Below are positions 19,548 through 28,428 of a DNA stretch of 44,468 nt, piece by piece. Positions within the stretch are counted from its first letter, which is position 1, and every line of letters starts with the position of its first letter. Below the pieces are notes generated by a model. The model had not been told where the DNA came from and ran no database searches. It was given only the letters and a program-made list of their open reading frames with translations. The stretch is from NCBI GenBank assembly GCA_035644955.1, contig DASQNN010000020.1:1-44468 (forward strand), written 5' to 3'. Source of the stretch: Nodosilinea sp. GTDB taxonomy: Bacteria > Cyanobacteriota > Cyanobacteriia > Phormidesmidales > Phormidesmidaceae. Position numbers and translations under genes: made by a program.

Positions 19548-21761
19548 ATGCCTCTGCCGCTGATTCTGCCCTCTGTGCCCCCGTCCTCGGAGCTGGCTGA
19601 AGTCGTATTGGTATCGGCTACCCCAGAGCGATCGCTGGCGGTTGCGGCGACCCCGGCTCCCGCTACGACCAGCGTCATTGATCTGAGTCAGACCAGCCTG
19701 CAATGGCCCCTGGCCCAGGACAACACTCCACCAGCCCCCAATCCATCAGAGCCGTTCAACCCAGAGGTGCCAAATCTCCAGGGTTCAGAGTCGCCCCCCG
19801 CAGAAGCTCAGTCTGGCGAGAACGGTGTTTCGCCCAGCGCCCCCGTTGCCGAGCCGGCCCCAGAGCCAGCAGCACCGCTAGAAACGCCCCCCGAAGCATC
19901 ATCGGAGCCAGTCCCAGAACCTGCCCCCGAAGCAGGCGAGACCATTTTGCTGCGGGCCAACCAGCAAGTATTTGAGCCCATTCGACAGATTGTTACCGCC
20001 AGCGGAGACGTGCTGGTGCAGTTTGGGACTGGTCAACTGGCCGCCGATCGCCTCTGGGCCAACCTGGCCAACCGTTACCTGCGGGCCGAGGGCAACGTAT
20101 TTTTTAACCGCAACAATCAGATTATTGAGGGCGCAACGGTTACCTACAATCTGCTCCAGGGGGCCGGCACCATTACCGAGAGCCGCGGCGAGCTAGAGCT
20201 GTCAACCCTAGCAGACGATTTCTCTACCCTCCCAGCGGAGGGAACCGGAATACCCCTCGACTATCGCCTGCGCAACCAACCCTCCATTTCCCAGGCCACC
20301 AGTCCCGGTGGCATCGCGTTGGCAACGGGCGATGCCCAGGCGCTGCTGGGGGGCGGACAGAGCACCATCGAACGGCTGCGATTTGAGGCCGATCAGGTTT
20401 CCTTTAATGCCGACGGTTGGGATGCCGAAAACGTTCGGCTTACCAATGATCCATTTTCGCCCCCCGACCTGGAGTTTAGGGCCAGCAGTGCGCGGCTCAC
20501 CCCCATCAGCGAAACCCAGGAAGAGCTGGTTTTTCAAAATCCCCGCCTGGTCTTTAACCAGGGCCTTACCATCCCTTTGGTTAGAAATCGCTTTTTGCTG
20601 ACCCAGGGGCAGCTGCCGGCCGATGCCTTTACCCCCCTACCCACCGGCATTGGCATTGACGGCCGCGATCGCGACGGTTTTTTTGTTGCAGCCCCGATTC
20701 CCATCCCTGGAACAGGCCCCTTTAACGTTACCGTAACCCCTCAGTTTTTTGTCTCGCGCTGGCTGGGCAGCTCGAACTACAACATTGCTGACCCGGCCAA
20801 CTTTGGCCTGGCGGCCACCCTTAACGGGGCGGTGGGGCCGCGCACCACCGCCTCAGGCAACTTCAGCCTATCGGGGTTTGACCTGGCGAACTTCAGCGAT
20901 CGCCTGCGGGCCAGCTTTCGCACCCGGCGCCTAGTGGGTACCCACCGGCTCAATTTTGAGTACAGCTACCGCGATCGCCTCTTCAATGGCTCCCTGGGCT
21001 TTCAGGATGTGCAAAACAGCCTCGGCCTCCTGCTGGAGTCGCCCAACGTGGTGCTAGGCGGCAGCGGCATCAACCTTAACTACCAGGTCTCTGGGCAGTA
21101 CGTCACCGCCAATAGCGATCGCCCCAATCTGCTCGCTCCCGGAGTCGGCATCGGGCTAGCCAGCCTGTTTCGGTTTCAGGGGTCTGCCGATCTAAGCCGC
21201 GGTTTTTTGCTGTGGCAGGGGCAACCCTTACCCGCCACCCAAACCGAAGGACTGCGCTACTCCCCTCGCCCGGTGGTGCCCAATCTGGTGTTGGGGGTAG
21301 GGGTACGGGGGGTGGCCACCTACTACACCAGCAACGACCTGCAAGAGTTGCTACAGGGCAGAATTTTCCTGGCAGGGCAGCTGGGCCGGCTTCAGCGCAA
21401 TACCTTTGACTACACCCAGTTCAACATTGGCTTTAGCCAAAGCCTAATTGGCGGCGACACCTCGCCCTTTCTCTTCGATCGCTCGGTCGACCAAACCGTG
21501 CTGTCGGGAGGCATTATTCAACAAATCTACGGCCCTTTTTTAGCCGGTTTTCAAACCGCCATCAACCTAAATACCGGGCGCACCATCGACAGCAACCTCA
21601 TCTTTGAGTACCGCCGCCGCGCCTACGGTCTACTGTTTACCTATAGTCCCACCCAAGAAACCGGCTTTTTAGGGTTTCGCATTAGCGCCTTCGACTGGAC
21701 CGGGCGCACCGCCCCCTTCGATGCTGCCCCCACTACCCCCAGCGACGTAGTGGTGCAATAG
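19548..21761 (+). CDS. DUF3769-domain protein (LptD/OstA-like outer-membrane LPS assembly candidate)
   Basis: OstA-like IVTASGDVLVQF...LAADRLW.NL...AEGNV, then RLTNDPFSPP, GIDGRDRDG, SYRDRLFNGSLGFQDV, SPFLFDR and a beta-strand-rich C-terminus. Located after psbI. Confidence 0.85.
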   Translation: MPLPLILPSVPPSSELAEVVLVSATPERSLAVAATPAPATTSVIDLSQTSLQWPLAQDNTPPAPNPSEPFNPEVPNLQGSESPPAEAQSGENGVSPSAPVAEPAPEPAAPLETPPEASSEPVPEPAPEAGETILLRANQQVFEPIRQIVTASGDVLVQFGTGQLAADRLWANLANRYLRAEGNVFFNRNNQIIEGATVTYNLLQGAGTITESRGELELSTLADDFSTLPAEGTGIPLDYRLRNQPSISQATSPGGIALATGDAQALLGGGQSTIERLRFEADQVSFNADGWDAENVRLTNDPFSPPDLEFRASSARLTPISETQEELVFQNPRLVFNQGLTIPLVRNRFLLTQGQLPADAFTPLPTGIGIDGRDRDGFFVAAPIPIPGTGPFNVTVTPQFFVSRWLGSSNYNIADPANFGLAATLNGAVGPRTTASGNFSLSGFDLANFSDRLRASFRTRRLVGTHRLNFEYSYRDRLFNGSLGFQDVQNSLGLLLESPNVVLGGSGINLNYQVSGQYVTANSDRPNLLAPGVGIGLASLFRFQGSADLSRGFLLWQGQPLPATQTEGLRYSPRPVVPNLVLGVGVRGVATYYTSNDLQELLQGRIFLAGQLGRLQRNTFDYTQFNIGFSQSLIGGDTSPFLFDRSVDQTVLSGGIIQQIYGPFLAGFQTAINLNTGRTIDSNLIFEYRRRAYGLLFTYSPTQETGFLGFRISAFDWTGRTAPFDAAPTTPSDVVVQ

Positions 21762-21777
21762 CCGCCCCAGTCTAACG

Positions 21778-21819
21778 GTAATAAACCTTACGACGATAGC
21801 CTTTGCCCTAGCTTATGAT
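21778..21819 (+). promoter_or_regulatory. Putative NtcA-activated promoter (GTA-N8-TAC, N22, TAN3T)
   Basis: GTA-ATAAACCT-TAC at 21778-21791, then exactly 22 nt, then TATGAT at 21814-21819, upstream of the ATG at 21887. Confidence 0.6.
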
Positions 21820-21886
21820 TAAGCTAAAGAAAAACAACTATTCTAAAAACCGTAGGCCGATGTGGGTTAACGCGTAGGCAACCACT

Positions 21887-22639
21887 ATGACTCACTCCAG
21901 CAATTCCTCAGATATTGAGCCTATTTATCAGCTGCTAACTAGCTACAGTTTTGATGCCGAAACCTATCAAGTCAAGGCTGTAATTGCCGGGTGGTTAGCA
22001 GAATTTGGCCCTGTTTGGGTCAGCCACGCGATTACCGAAGCCCTCTATCAAGGGCGCTACAAACTGATTTCCATCGAGCAAATTCTTAAGCTGTGGCAGC
22101 GGCGAGGACAGCCCATTCGCCACTTTAACCGAGAGTTTGAGACGATTATTTTGGGCCAAACCCTGCTTTGCCCCACGGGCTATGGCGATGGGGCAGAATG
22201 GCCAACCATTCGCCGCGTCACCCCTCCGGCCCTGGCAACCCCTCCCCAGGCTCCCCAAGCGGCGGCACCAGAAGCAATACCAGAAGCGGTACCAGAAGCG
22301 GCACCAGAAGCGGCACCAGAGCCTTCCACAGAATTAGCACCAGAAGCAGCCGACCCAGTGCTGGCCCCTACAGAGGCCCCCGCAGCAGACGACGCGGGTT
22401 CAAACGAGCAAGACGCCGCCCGTTCTCCTGAATCCGAGGCCGGTGAGCCGAATGTCGTCGCAGAGCCTGCGATCGCCCCTCCCGATCCCCCTGCCCTGCC
22501 CAATTTTCGCCCCCTAGCGCCCAACGAAGATTCCCTTGGGCAGTCGGTCGAGGTGATTCAGCCCTTTGTGCCCCGGCGCGGCGAGTCAGAGCTACACGAA
22601 CGGCTGCGGGCCGTGGTACAAGGGGGCATGAGAGAGTAA
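21887..22639 (+). CDS. Conserved hypothetical protein with a DnaD/DnaB_2-like N-terminal domain and an acidic Pro/Ala linker
   Basis: YSFD...WLAEFGPVWVSHAITEALYQGRYKLISIEQILKLWQRRGQP. PEAA repeats. Short C-terminal helix LHERLRAV. Confidence 0.8.
   Translation: MTHSSNSSDIEPIYQLLTSYSFDAETYQVKAVIAGWLAEFGPVWVSHAITEALYQGRYKLISIEQILKLWQRRGQPIRHFNREFETIILGQTLLCPTGYGDGAEWPTIRRVTPPALATPPQAPQAAAPEAIPEAVPEAAPEAAPEPSTELAPEAADPVLAPTEAPAADDAGSNEQDAARSPESEAGEPNVVAEPAIAPPDPPALPNFRPLAPNEDSLGQSVEVIQPFVPRRGESELHERLRAVVQGGMRE
22265..22324 (+). repeat. 12-bp in-frame tandem repeat (xPEA, about 5 copies)
   Basis: GCACCAGAAGCA ATACCAGAAGCG GTACCAGAAGCG GCACCAGAAGCG GCACCAGAGCCT. Confidence 0.85.
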
Positions 22640-22751
22640 TAGTCCCATCCCAGGGTCTAAAGTTTTAGCTGGGCGCTTGCGCTAGACAGGTACTCGGTTC
22701 TAGAGTGCCCCAGTGGCCTATACTAAAGAATAGTACAAACGACCTGCCAAA

Positions 22752-23228
22752 ATGGTTCAATACACCCTGGCCCAAAGTCCAGACGTTGTTCTGACGGTGT
22801 CGGGCAAAGACTCTCGCAAAGCCCGCGAAAAGGCGCTCGATCAGCTCATGGCCATGCTAGACGAGGGAGAGCTTCCCACCGCCCTAGCCGATGGTTTCAG
22901 CGCCGAACAGCTGGTAGAAGTACAGCCCCCCACTACCTCCGCCGCCGTGCAGCAGCAAGAAGACTCCGTTGTTGAAGCCATTCAGGTGCTAAACCAGTTG
23001 GCCACGCTCAAAGTTAAGGTGCAGGCCTCCCGCGACGAGGCCCTCCAGGTGCGCCAGCTCGTCGACCTGCTGTTTACCGACGACCCCATGACCGACGACC
23101 AGCTCACCGAGCTAAAAGACGGGTTTAAGGTCCTCAAGACGTTTGCCCAGAGCAATCTGCGCTTTAAAGAAGCCCGCACCCAGGCCGAGATGGCCCGCCA
23201 GGTTCTCGACGAGGCCCTGGAGAATTAG
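22752..23228 (+). CDS. Conserved cyanobacterial hypothetical protein (helical)
   Basis: 158-aa ORF starting MVQYTLAQSPDVVLTVSGKDSRKAREKA, with genome-typical codon usage. TATACT -10-like box upstream. Confidence 0.8.
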   Translation: MVQYTLAQSPDVVLTVSGKDSRKAREKALDQLMAMLDEGELPTALADGFSAEQLVEVQPPTTSAAVQQQEDSVVEAIQVLNQLATLKVKVQASRDEALQVRQLVDLLFTDDPMTDDQLTELKDGFKVLKTFAQSNLRFKEARTQAEMARQVLDEALEN

Positions 23229-23427
23229 GGCGATTACAAGGCTTTAGGTTCACGGCAGGCCTTAAACCGTACACCTTAAACCCCCAACCCTAGGCCGTTA
23301 CGGCCTGTCACAATTAGCTTGGTGAGTACTAAACGGATTTTAGAGATGGGAAAATCTGGGCGATCGCGCTTGTCCCGCTGCTTTAGCGCCCATGCCCAAG
23401 CCGAAAGACCTTATGCTCTCTCGCCAT

Positions 23428-23452
23428 CACCGTCACCCGTAGGGTGATGGTG
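23428..23452 (-). terminator. Stem-loop directly after the proA stop
   Basis: CACCGTCACCC-GTA-GGGTGATGGTG, lying between convergent genes. Confidence 0.55.
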
Positions 23453-23453
23453 C

Positions 23454-24776
23454 TTAGAGCAGGTTGCGGTGGGTAAAGGGCTTGGCCTCGCTGCCGCTGT
23501 AGGTGGTCGAAACGTGGCCATCGCCCACCAGCTGATATTTGTAGGTAACTAGCCCCTCTAGGCCGACCGGGCCGCGAGGGGGCATCTTTTGGGTGCTGAT
23601 GCCCACTTCGGCCCCAAAGCCGTAGCGAAAGCCGTCGGCAAAGCGGGTTGAGCAGTTGTGGTAGACCCCAGCGGCATCGACGCGGTTTATAAAGTGGGCG
23701 GCGGTGGCGGCGTTGCGGGTGACAATCGCCTCCGTATGGCGCGAGCCGTAGGTGTTGATGTGGTCGATCGCACCCTCCACCGAGTCCACCACCTTGATCG
23801 CTAAAATCAGATCGCTGTACTCCGTCGCCCAGTCTTCCTCAGTGGCGGGGGCTAAATCGAGCACAATCTGCCGTGCCTGCTGGTCGCCCCGCAGTTCAAC
23901 CTGGGCTTCCCGCAAGGCTACTGCCAGCGTTGGCAACCCTTGAGCGGCAGCATCTCGGTGAATCAGCAGGGTTTCGATCGCATTGCAGGCCGAGGGATAG
24001 GCGGTTTTGGCATCGACGGCGATCGCGATCGCCTGCTCCAGATCGGCCTCGCGGTCAATGTACAGGTGACAAATGCCATCGGCGTGGCCCAGCACCGGAA
24101 TGCGCGTATTCTCCTGCACAAACCGCACAAACGCGTTGGAGCCGCGCGGAATAATCAGATCCACATAGCCCTCCAGATCCAGCAGGGCGCGGGTTTCTTC
24201 ACGAGTGGTCAGCAGCTGCACCGCTGCTGGGTCTACCCCAGCATTCTCAAGCCCCTGCTTGATGGCCTCTACTAGGGCCGTGCACGATCGCACCGCCTCT
24301 TTGCCCCCTTTAAGAATCACCCCGTTGCCCGACTTAATCGCCAGGGCCGAAATCTGCATTACGGCATCGGGGCGCGACTCAAAGATCACCCCCAGCACCC
24401 CTAGGGGCACCGCCAGCCGCTTGAGAATGAGTCCCTCATCGAGTTCGCGGTGAATTTGCACAGTGCCTACGGGGTCGGGCAATCGGGCTACGTCGCGCAC
24501 GCCCGCGATCGCCCCCGCCAGCTTCCCCCCGTCCAGCTTGAGCCGCCCATACAGCGGCTTGGCCAGGTTGTCAGCCAGGGCGGCTTCGCAGTCCGCCTGG
24601 TTAGCCGCCACAATGCGTTCGGCATTGGTTTCAAGGGCTGCGGCCACGGCCTCAATGGCGCGATTCTTGGCCTCAGCAGACAGGCTCGCTAGGGTTTGAG
24701 CTGCCTGGCGAGTAGCCTGGGCAATCGCCAGCAACGGCTGAGGAGCGGCATCCTGGGCAAGGGGAGAAATGGTCAT
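23454..24776 (-). CDS. proA: Gamma-glutamyl phosphate reductase (glutamate-5-semialdehyde dehydrogenase)
   Basis: [58 protein letters not shown] and [17 protein letters not shown]. Confidence 0.97.
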   Translation of the reverse strand: MTISPLAQDAAPQPLLAIAQATRQAAQTLASLSAEAKNRAIEAVAAALETNAERIVAANQADCEAALADNLAKPLYGRLKLDGGKLAGAIAGVRDVARLPDPVGTVQIHRELDEGLILKRLAVPLGVLGVIFESRPDAVMQISALAIKSGNGVILKGGKEAVRSCTALVEAIKQGLENAGVDPAAVQLLTTREETRALLDLEGYVDLIIPRGSNAFVRFVQENTRIPVLGHADGICHLYIDREADLEQAIAIAVDAKTAYPSACNAIETLLIHRDAAAQGLPTLAVALREAQVELRGDQQARQIVLDLAPATEEDWATEYSDLILAIKVVDSVEGAIDHINTYGSRHTEAIVTRNAATAAHFINRVDAAGVYHNCSTRFADGFRYGFGAEVGISTQKMPPRGPVGLEGLVTYKYQLVGDGHVSTTYSGSEAKPFTHRNLL

Positions 24777-24825
24777 AGCAATACGACAACCCGGCAATAC
24801 TCCAGTTTACCGTCTCAAGGCAGGA

Positions 24826-24894
24826 CGGTTCGGGTTCAGGGTGCAGGGCCTAAGGTGCAGGGTGCAAAGCTCAGAATTCAGATTTCAGACTTCA
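24826..24894. repeat. Heptameric STRR-like tandem repeats
   Basis: GGTTCG GGTTCAG GGTGCAG GGCCTAA GGTGCAG GGTGCAA AGCTCAG AATTCAG ATTTCAG ACTTCAA. Related units occur at 2475-2543 and ~23238-23292. Confidence 0.75.
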
Positions 24895-24913
24895 AAAAAA
24901 CTCATCCATTCCC

Positions 24914-25279
24914 CTACTCCTCCGGCGGTTCATCCAAGTGATCCGACGCTTCCCGATAAAGATTAAAGACATGGTCGTCCTTTAGGCAGTAGAGCACGTT
25001 GCGACCCTGCTTGCGATAGCTGACCAGGCGAGTGGCCCGCAAAATGCGCAGCTGATGCGATACTGCCGACTCGCTCATAGCTACCGCCGCCGCCAGGTCG
25101 CCCACCCGCATTTCCCCCAGAGCCAGGGCCGAGAGAATGCGCCAGCGGTTGGGGTCGCCCAGCACGCCAAAAAATTCGGCCATGCGCTGGGCCTTTTCTA
25201 TGCTCAAAATCTCTGCCACGGGCGACGGGCCAGCGTGGCCGCAGGAATGGTCGTCAATAGGGGGGCGATCGCCAGCCAT
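24914..25279 (-). CDS. smtB: Zn(II)-responsive ArsR-family repressor (SmtB/ZiaR type)
   Basis: EKAQRMAEFFGVLGDPNRWRILSAL, SESAVSHQLRILR and VSYRKQGRNV. Alpha-5 site DDH-x10-HLDE. Divergent from the metallothionein gene. Confidence 0.9.
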   Translation of the reverse strand: MAGDRPPIDDHSCGHAGPSPVAEILSIEKAQRMAEFFGVLGDPNRWRILSALALGEMRVGDLAAAVAMSESAVSHQLRILRATRLVSYRKQGRNVLYCLKDDHVFNLYREASDHLDEPPEE

Positions 25280-25351
25280 ACCGTCTTCTCTGAAGAATAG
25301 CCATGACCCAGGGTCGCATCCAAGCATCACAGCCAATTAATAGTTGCCCAC

Positions 25352-25409
25352 AACCCATGAACAGTTGTTCACATGTTATGGTTAACCCATGAACAGTTGT
25401 TCAAGTGTT
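25352..25409. promoter_or_regulatory. Two SmtB 12-2-12 operator sites
   Basis: AACCCATGAACAGTTGTTCACATGTT (25352-25377) and AACCCATGAACAGTTGTTCAAGTGTT (25384-25409). Core TGAACA-GT-TGTTCA matches the known smt operator type. Confidence 0.92.
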
Positions 25410-25451
25410 TGAGCATCAGTTTAGTTCACCTAGCCCAAGAGGAACCTTATT

Positions 25452-25622
25452 ATGACTACCGTCACCCAAATGAAATGCGCCTGCGACTCCTGCCTGTGCA
25501 TTGTTGACACCAGCCAGGCCCTAGAAAAAGACGGCCACTATTTTTGCAGTGATGCCTGCGCCGACGGCCACCCCGAGGGGTCTTCGGGCTGCGGTCACAC
25601 TGGCTGCGGCTGTAATAGCTAG
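25452..25622 (+). CDS. smtA: Cyanobacterial metallothionein SmtA/BmtA
   Basis: Manual translation gives MTTVTQMKCACDSCLCIVDTSQALEKDGHYFCSDACADGHPEGSSGCGHTGCGCNS* (56 aa, 9 Cys), with AGAGGA RBS. Not in the ORF track. Confidence 0.97.
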   Translation: MTTVTQMKCACDSCLCIVDTSQALEKDGHYFCSDACADGHPEGSSGCGHTGCGCNS

Positions 25623-25743
25623 CCGCTCCCGACGGCAGGGTGCCGCAGATCTGCGTCTGCCCAACCCTGCCAACTTCCTACACCGCTAGACTCCCTAAGC
25701 CCCTTAAAATTGAGAGGAGTCACAGAGGGGACAGGTCAAAAAA

Positions 25744-26427
25744 ATGGCAAAAAATGACCCAAATTGGGTGCTGCGGCGGCTGCCCCTGGTAACCGGAGCC
25801 CTAGGCGGCATTCTGCTATTGCTCAACCGACTGCTGACCCCCGCCCTGACCGAGTCCCAGGCGCGATCGGACGTAATGGGCGTTATTTTGAGCGCCCTGC
25901 TGATTTTGACCGGCCTGCTGTGGCAGCGGGTGCAGCCTACCCTGCCTGAAGCCGTGACCCTAGTTGGCGAAGAAGGGTTAGAGCTAGACGCCACCCTGCC
26001 CGATGCCGTCCAAACTGAACTGGCCTGGGCCTCCCACCTGCTGCTAACCAATACCGTCACCCGCTCTGTCGTCGCCTACCGCCAGGGCAAAACTCTGCTG
26101 CGACGGGGCATTTTAGCGCCCAAGGCCGACGTTACCCCCGGGCCTATTTTGAAGCGGGTGCTGGAGACCGGCAAAGCGGTGTATTTGGTCAACCTCAAAA
26201 TTTACCCGGGTCGCCTGGAGTTTGACTACCTGCCCGAAAATACCCAGGGCGTAATCTGCCAGCCCATGGGCAAAGATGGCGCACTGATCTTGGCCGCCAA
26301 TGCTCCCCGCAGCTACACCCGCCAAGACGAAGCCTGGGTCGAGGGCATTGCCGACAAGCTAGGCTACAGCCTAGATGAATTAGTCCGAAATGAGTCGAGC
26401 CCTGAGCTAGCGGCAACGGAGGGCTAA
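25744..26427 (+). CDS. Cofactor assembly of complex C subunit B (CCB2/CCB4 family, cytochrome b6 heme ci maturation)
   Basis: Two TM helices with LLLNRL...SQARSD, then ELAWASHLLLTNT, LKIYPGRLEFDYLPENTQGVICQP and a GAF-like end PRSYTRQDEAWVEGIADKL. Confidence 0.85.
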   Translation: MAKNDPNWVLRRLPLVTGALGGILLLLNRLLTPALTESQARSDVMGVILSALLILTGLLWQRVQPTLPEAVTLVGEEGLELDATLPDAVQTELAWASHLLLTNTVTRSVVAYRQGKTLLRRGILAPKADVTPGPILKRVLETGKAVYLVNLKIYPGRLEFDYLPENTQGVICQPMGKDGALILAANAPRSYTRQDEAWVEGIADKLGYSLDELVRNESSPELAATEG

Positions 26428-26459
26428 CGTTCAGGTTCTTTAAATATTTTTAATCCAGT

Positions 26460-27584
26460 TCAATACAGTTCGTACTTGAGCCACTGGCAGGGCAGCGTTC
26501 CGTTGTACACCGCCACCCGCTGGGCCGATTTAAGCCCAATGTATCGTGACAGCTCTTTGTTGCCGCTCAGTACAAAGGCAGTCCAGCCCTTGAAGCGCTG
26601 TTTCAAGACATCCCCCAGCAGCTTATAAAAGGCTCCCAGGTCCTCCTCGGCGCCCAGGCGTTCGCCGTAGGGTGGGTTGCACAGCAGGTAGCCACTGTCG
26701 GCGGGGGCTTCTAGGTCAGCCAGGTCGGTGGCCCAAAAGTGAACCTGCTCGGCCAGGTCGCAGCGCTGGGCATTGAGGTGGGCCTGGTGAATGATGTCGG
26801 GGTCGCGATCGCATCCCCCGACCCAGGTGCCCAAACTCTCCTGGCGCGCCGCTTCCGCCTCCTGCCACAGGCCATCCCACAGGTCGCCATCAAAATCGGG
26901 CCAGGTCTGAAACCCAAACTCTTCGCGAAAAATGCCTGGAGCAATGTTTAGCGCCGCCATACTGGCCTCCAGGGGCAGGGTACCCGACCCGCACAGGGGG
27001 TCGAGCAGCGGCACGTCGCCGGGCCAATCGGTCAGCTTCACCAGGGCGGCCGCCAGGGATTCTTTCAGCGGCGCGGCCCCCACGGCGGGGCGGTAGCCGC
27101 GGCGGTGCAGGCTGCTGCCCGAGCTGTCGAGGCTGACGGTAGCGGTGTCGTCTTGAATATGGACGTTGAGGCGCACCTCGGGGTGCTGGGTGTCGATGGT
27201 GGAGCGATCGCCCCAGTGCTGCCGCTGCTGGTCAACCACGGCATTTTTTACCTGCAGGGCGGTGAAGTGACTGTGGTTAAGGCTGCGGTTTTTGCCGGTG
27301 GCATCGACGGCAAAGGTTAAATCGGGGGTTAGGTAGGGCCGCCAGTCGATGCTCTGAATGCCTTGGTAGAGATCTTCAGCATCGTGGCAGGGGCACTCGC
27401 CCAGCTTGACCAGTACCCGAAAGGCCAGCCGCGACCACAGGTTCACCCGGTACAGCAGGGCCAGGTCGCCCTCAAAGGCCACGCCACAAAAGCCCGGCTC
27501 GATCTGCTGGGCCCCTAGCTTGTCAAGTTCGGCGGCGGCCAAGGCCTCTAGCCCGCGGGCAACGGTGGCGAAATATGTAGCCAT
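26460..27584 (-). CDS. THUMP-domain class I SAM-dependent RNA methyltransferase (RlmL-like)
   Basis: YRVNLWSRLA, SLHRRGYR...APLKESLAAA, DPLCGSGT and NPPYGERL. Confidence 0.92.
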   Translation of the reverse strand: MATYFATVARGLEALAAAELDKLGAQQIEPGFCGVAFEGDLALLYRVNLWSRLAFRVLVKLGECPCHDAEDLYQGIQSIDWRPYLTPDLTFAVDATGKNRSLNHSHFTALQVKNAVVDQQRQHWGDRSTIDTQHPEVRLNVHIQDDTATVSLDSSGSSLHRRGYRPAVGAAPLKESLAAALVKLTDWPGDVPLLDPLCGSGTLPLEASMAALNIAPGIFREEFGFQTWPDFDGDLWDGLWQEAEAARQESLGTWVGGCDRDPDIIHQAHLNAQRCDLAEQVHFWATDLADLEAPADSGYLLCNPPYGERLGAEEDLGAFYKLLGDVLKQRFKGWTAFVLSGNKELSRYIGLKSAQRVAVYNGTLPCQWLKYELY

Positions 27585-27836
27585 GGGGCCTCCTCTACGA
27601 ATTCTGCTGTGCGCCCTAGGGTAGCGGGATCAAACCCACACTTTGCAAGGCATTTACCGTTTTGTTAAGACCGGATATTTCGACACAGCTCTGACTTAAA
27701 ACCTAAGCTATTCTATGGATATCATGATGGATAATACCCTTGTGGGTGTTAGAGCCGCTCGGCCTAGCCGCTCTGAGGGCAGATTTGCCCTTAGCCATCG
27801 CCCCGGCCAACTGTCGAATTTTGAGAGGAACGACTT

Positions 27837-28322
27837 ATTTCTAAGACGCAACTGGTAAACCGGCAAATTCGCTCACCTCAGGTGTTCCTAATCGATCAGG
27901 AGAACCAAAATCGGGGTCTTATCGATACTCGCGAGGCGCTTACGCTGGCCGAGGATGCAGGACTTGACCTGGTGGTGGTCTCTAACGGCAAAGATGCCCC
28001 TGTGGCCAAAATTCTGGACTACGGCAAGCTTCAGTACCAGCAGAGTAAGCGGCAGAAGCAAAGCTCTAAGCCGTCTTTGAAAGAGGTCAAGCTGCGCCCC
28101 AACGTGGGTGAGTCTGACTACCAGCTCCGCATTCGCCGCTCGGTCGAGTGGCTGTCGAAGGGAGACTCGGTTAAGTTTTTGGTGCGCCTGCGAGGGCGTG
28201 AACACCAGCACCGCGATCGCGCTGGAGAGCTGCTCGATAGAATCGTCAAAGACATTGGCGATGCGGGCAAAGTCCAGGCCCTCGACAAAAAAGCCCTGGT
28301 GCTCATGATTACCCCGGCCTAG
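27837..28322 (+). CDS. infC: Translation initiation factor IF-3 (short form, AUU start)
   Basis: In-frame ATT at 27837 behind GAGAGG gives ISKTQLVNRQIRSPQVFLID. Also LDLVVV...PVAKILDYGK, KEVKLRPNV and GDSVK..VRLRGRE. Confidence 0.92.
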   Translation: MSKTQLVNRQIRSPQVFLIDQENQNRGLIDTREALTLAEDAGLDLVVVSNGKDAPVAKILDYGKLQYQQSKRQKQSSKPSLKEVKLRPNVGESDYQLRIRRSVEWLSKGDSVKFLVRLRGREHQHRDRAGELLDRIVKDIGDAGKVQALDKKALVLMITPA

Positions 28323-28381
28323 GGGTAATCGGCGGGTTTTCCCCCTCCAGCTCTATCATCCTCAAGCGATCCCCGCTTACA

Positions 28382-28421
28382 ACAACAGGTGGTCCAGCCT
28401 AAAATCTGGGCCACCTGTTGT
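28382..28421. repeat. 16-8-16 inverted repeat between convergent infC and recombinase genes
   Basis: ACAACAGGTGGTCCAG-CCTAAAAT-CTGGGCCACCTGTTGT, 15 of 16 positions complementary. Confidence 0.75.
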
Positions 28422-28428
28422 CATGACT

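Noticed and set aside
25352..25409. Palindromic direct repeats as a mini-CRISPR
   Set aside because: There are only two copies with a 6-nt gap and no cas genes. SmtB operators explain them fully.
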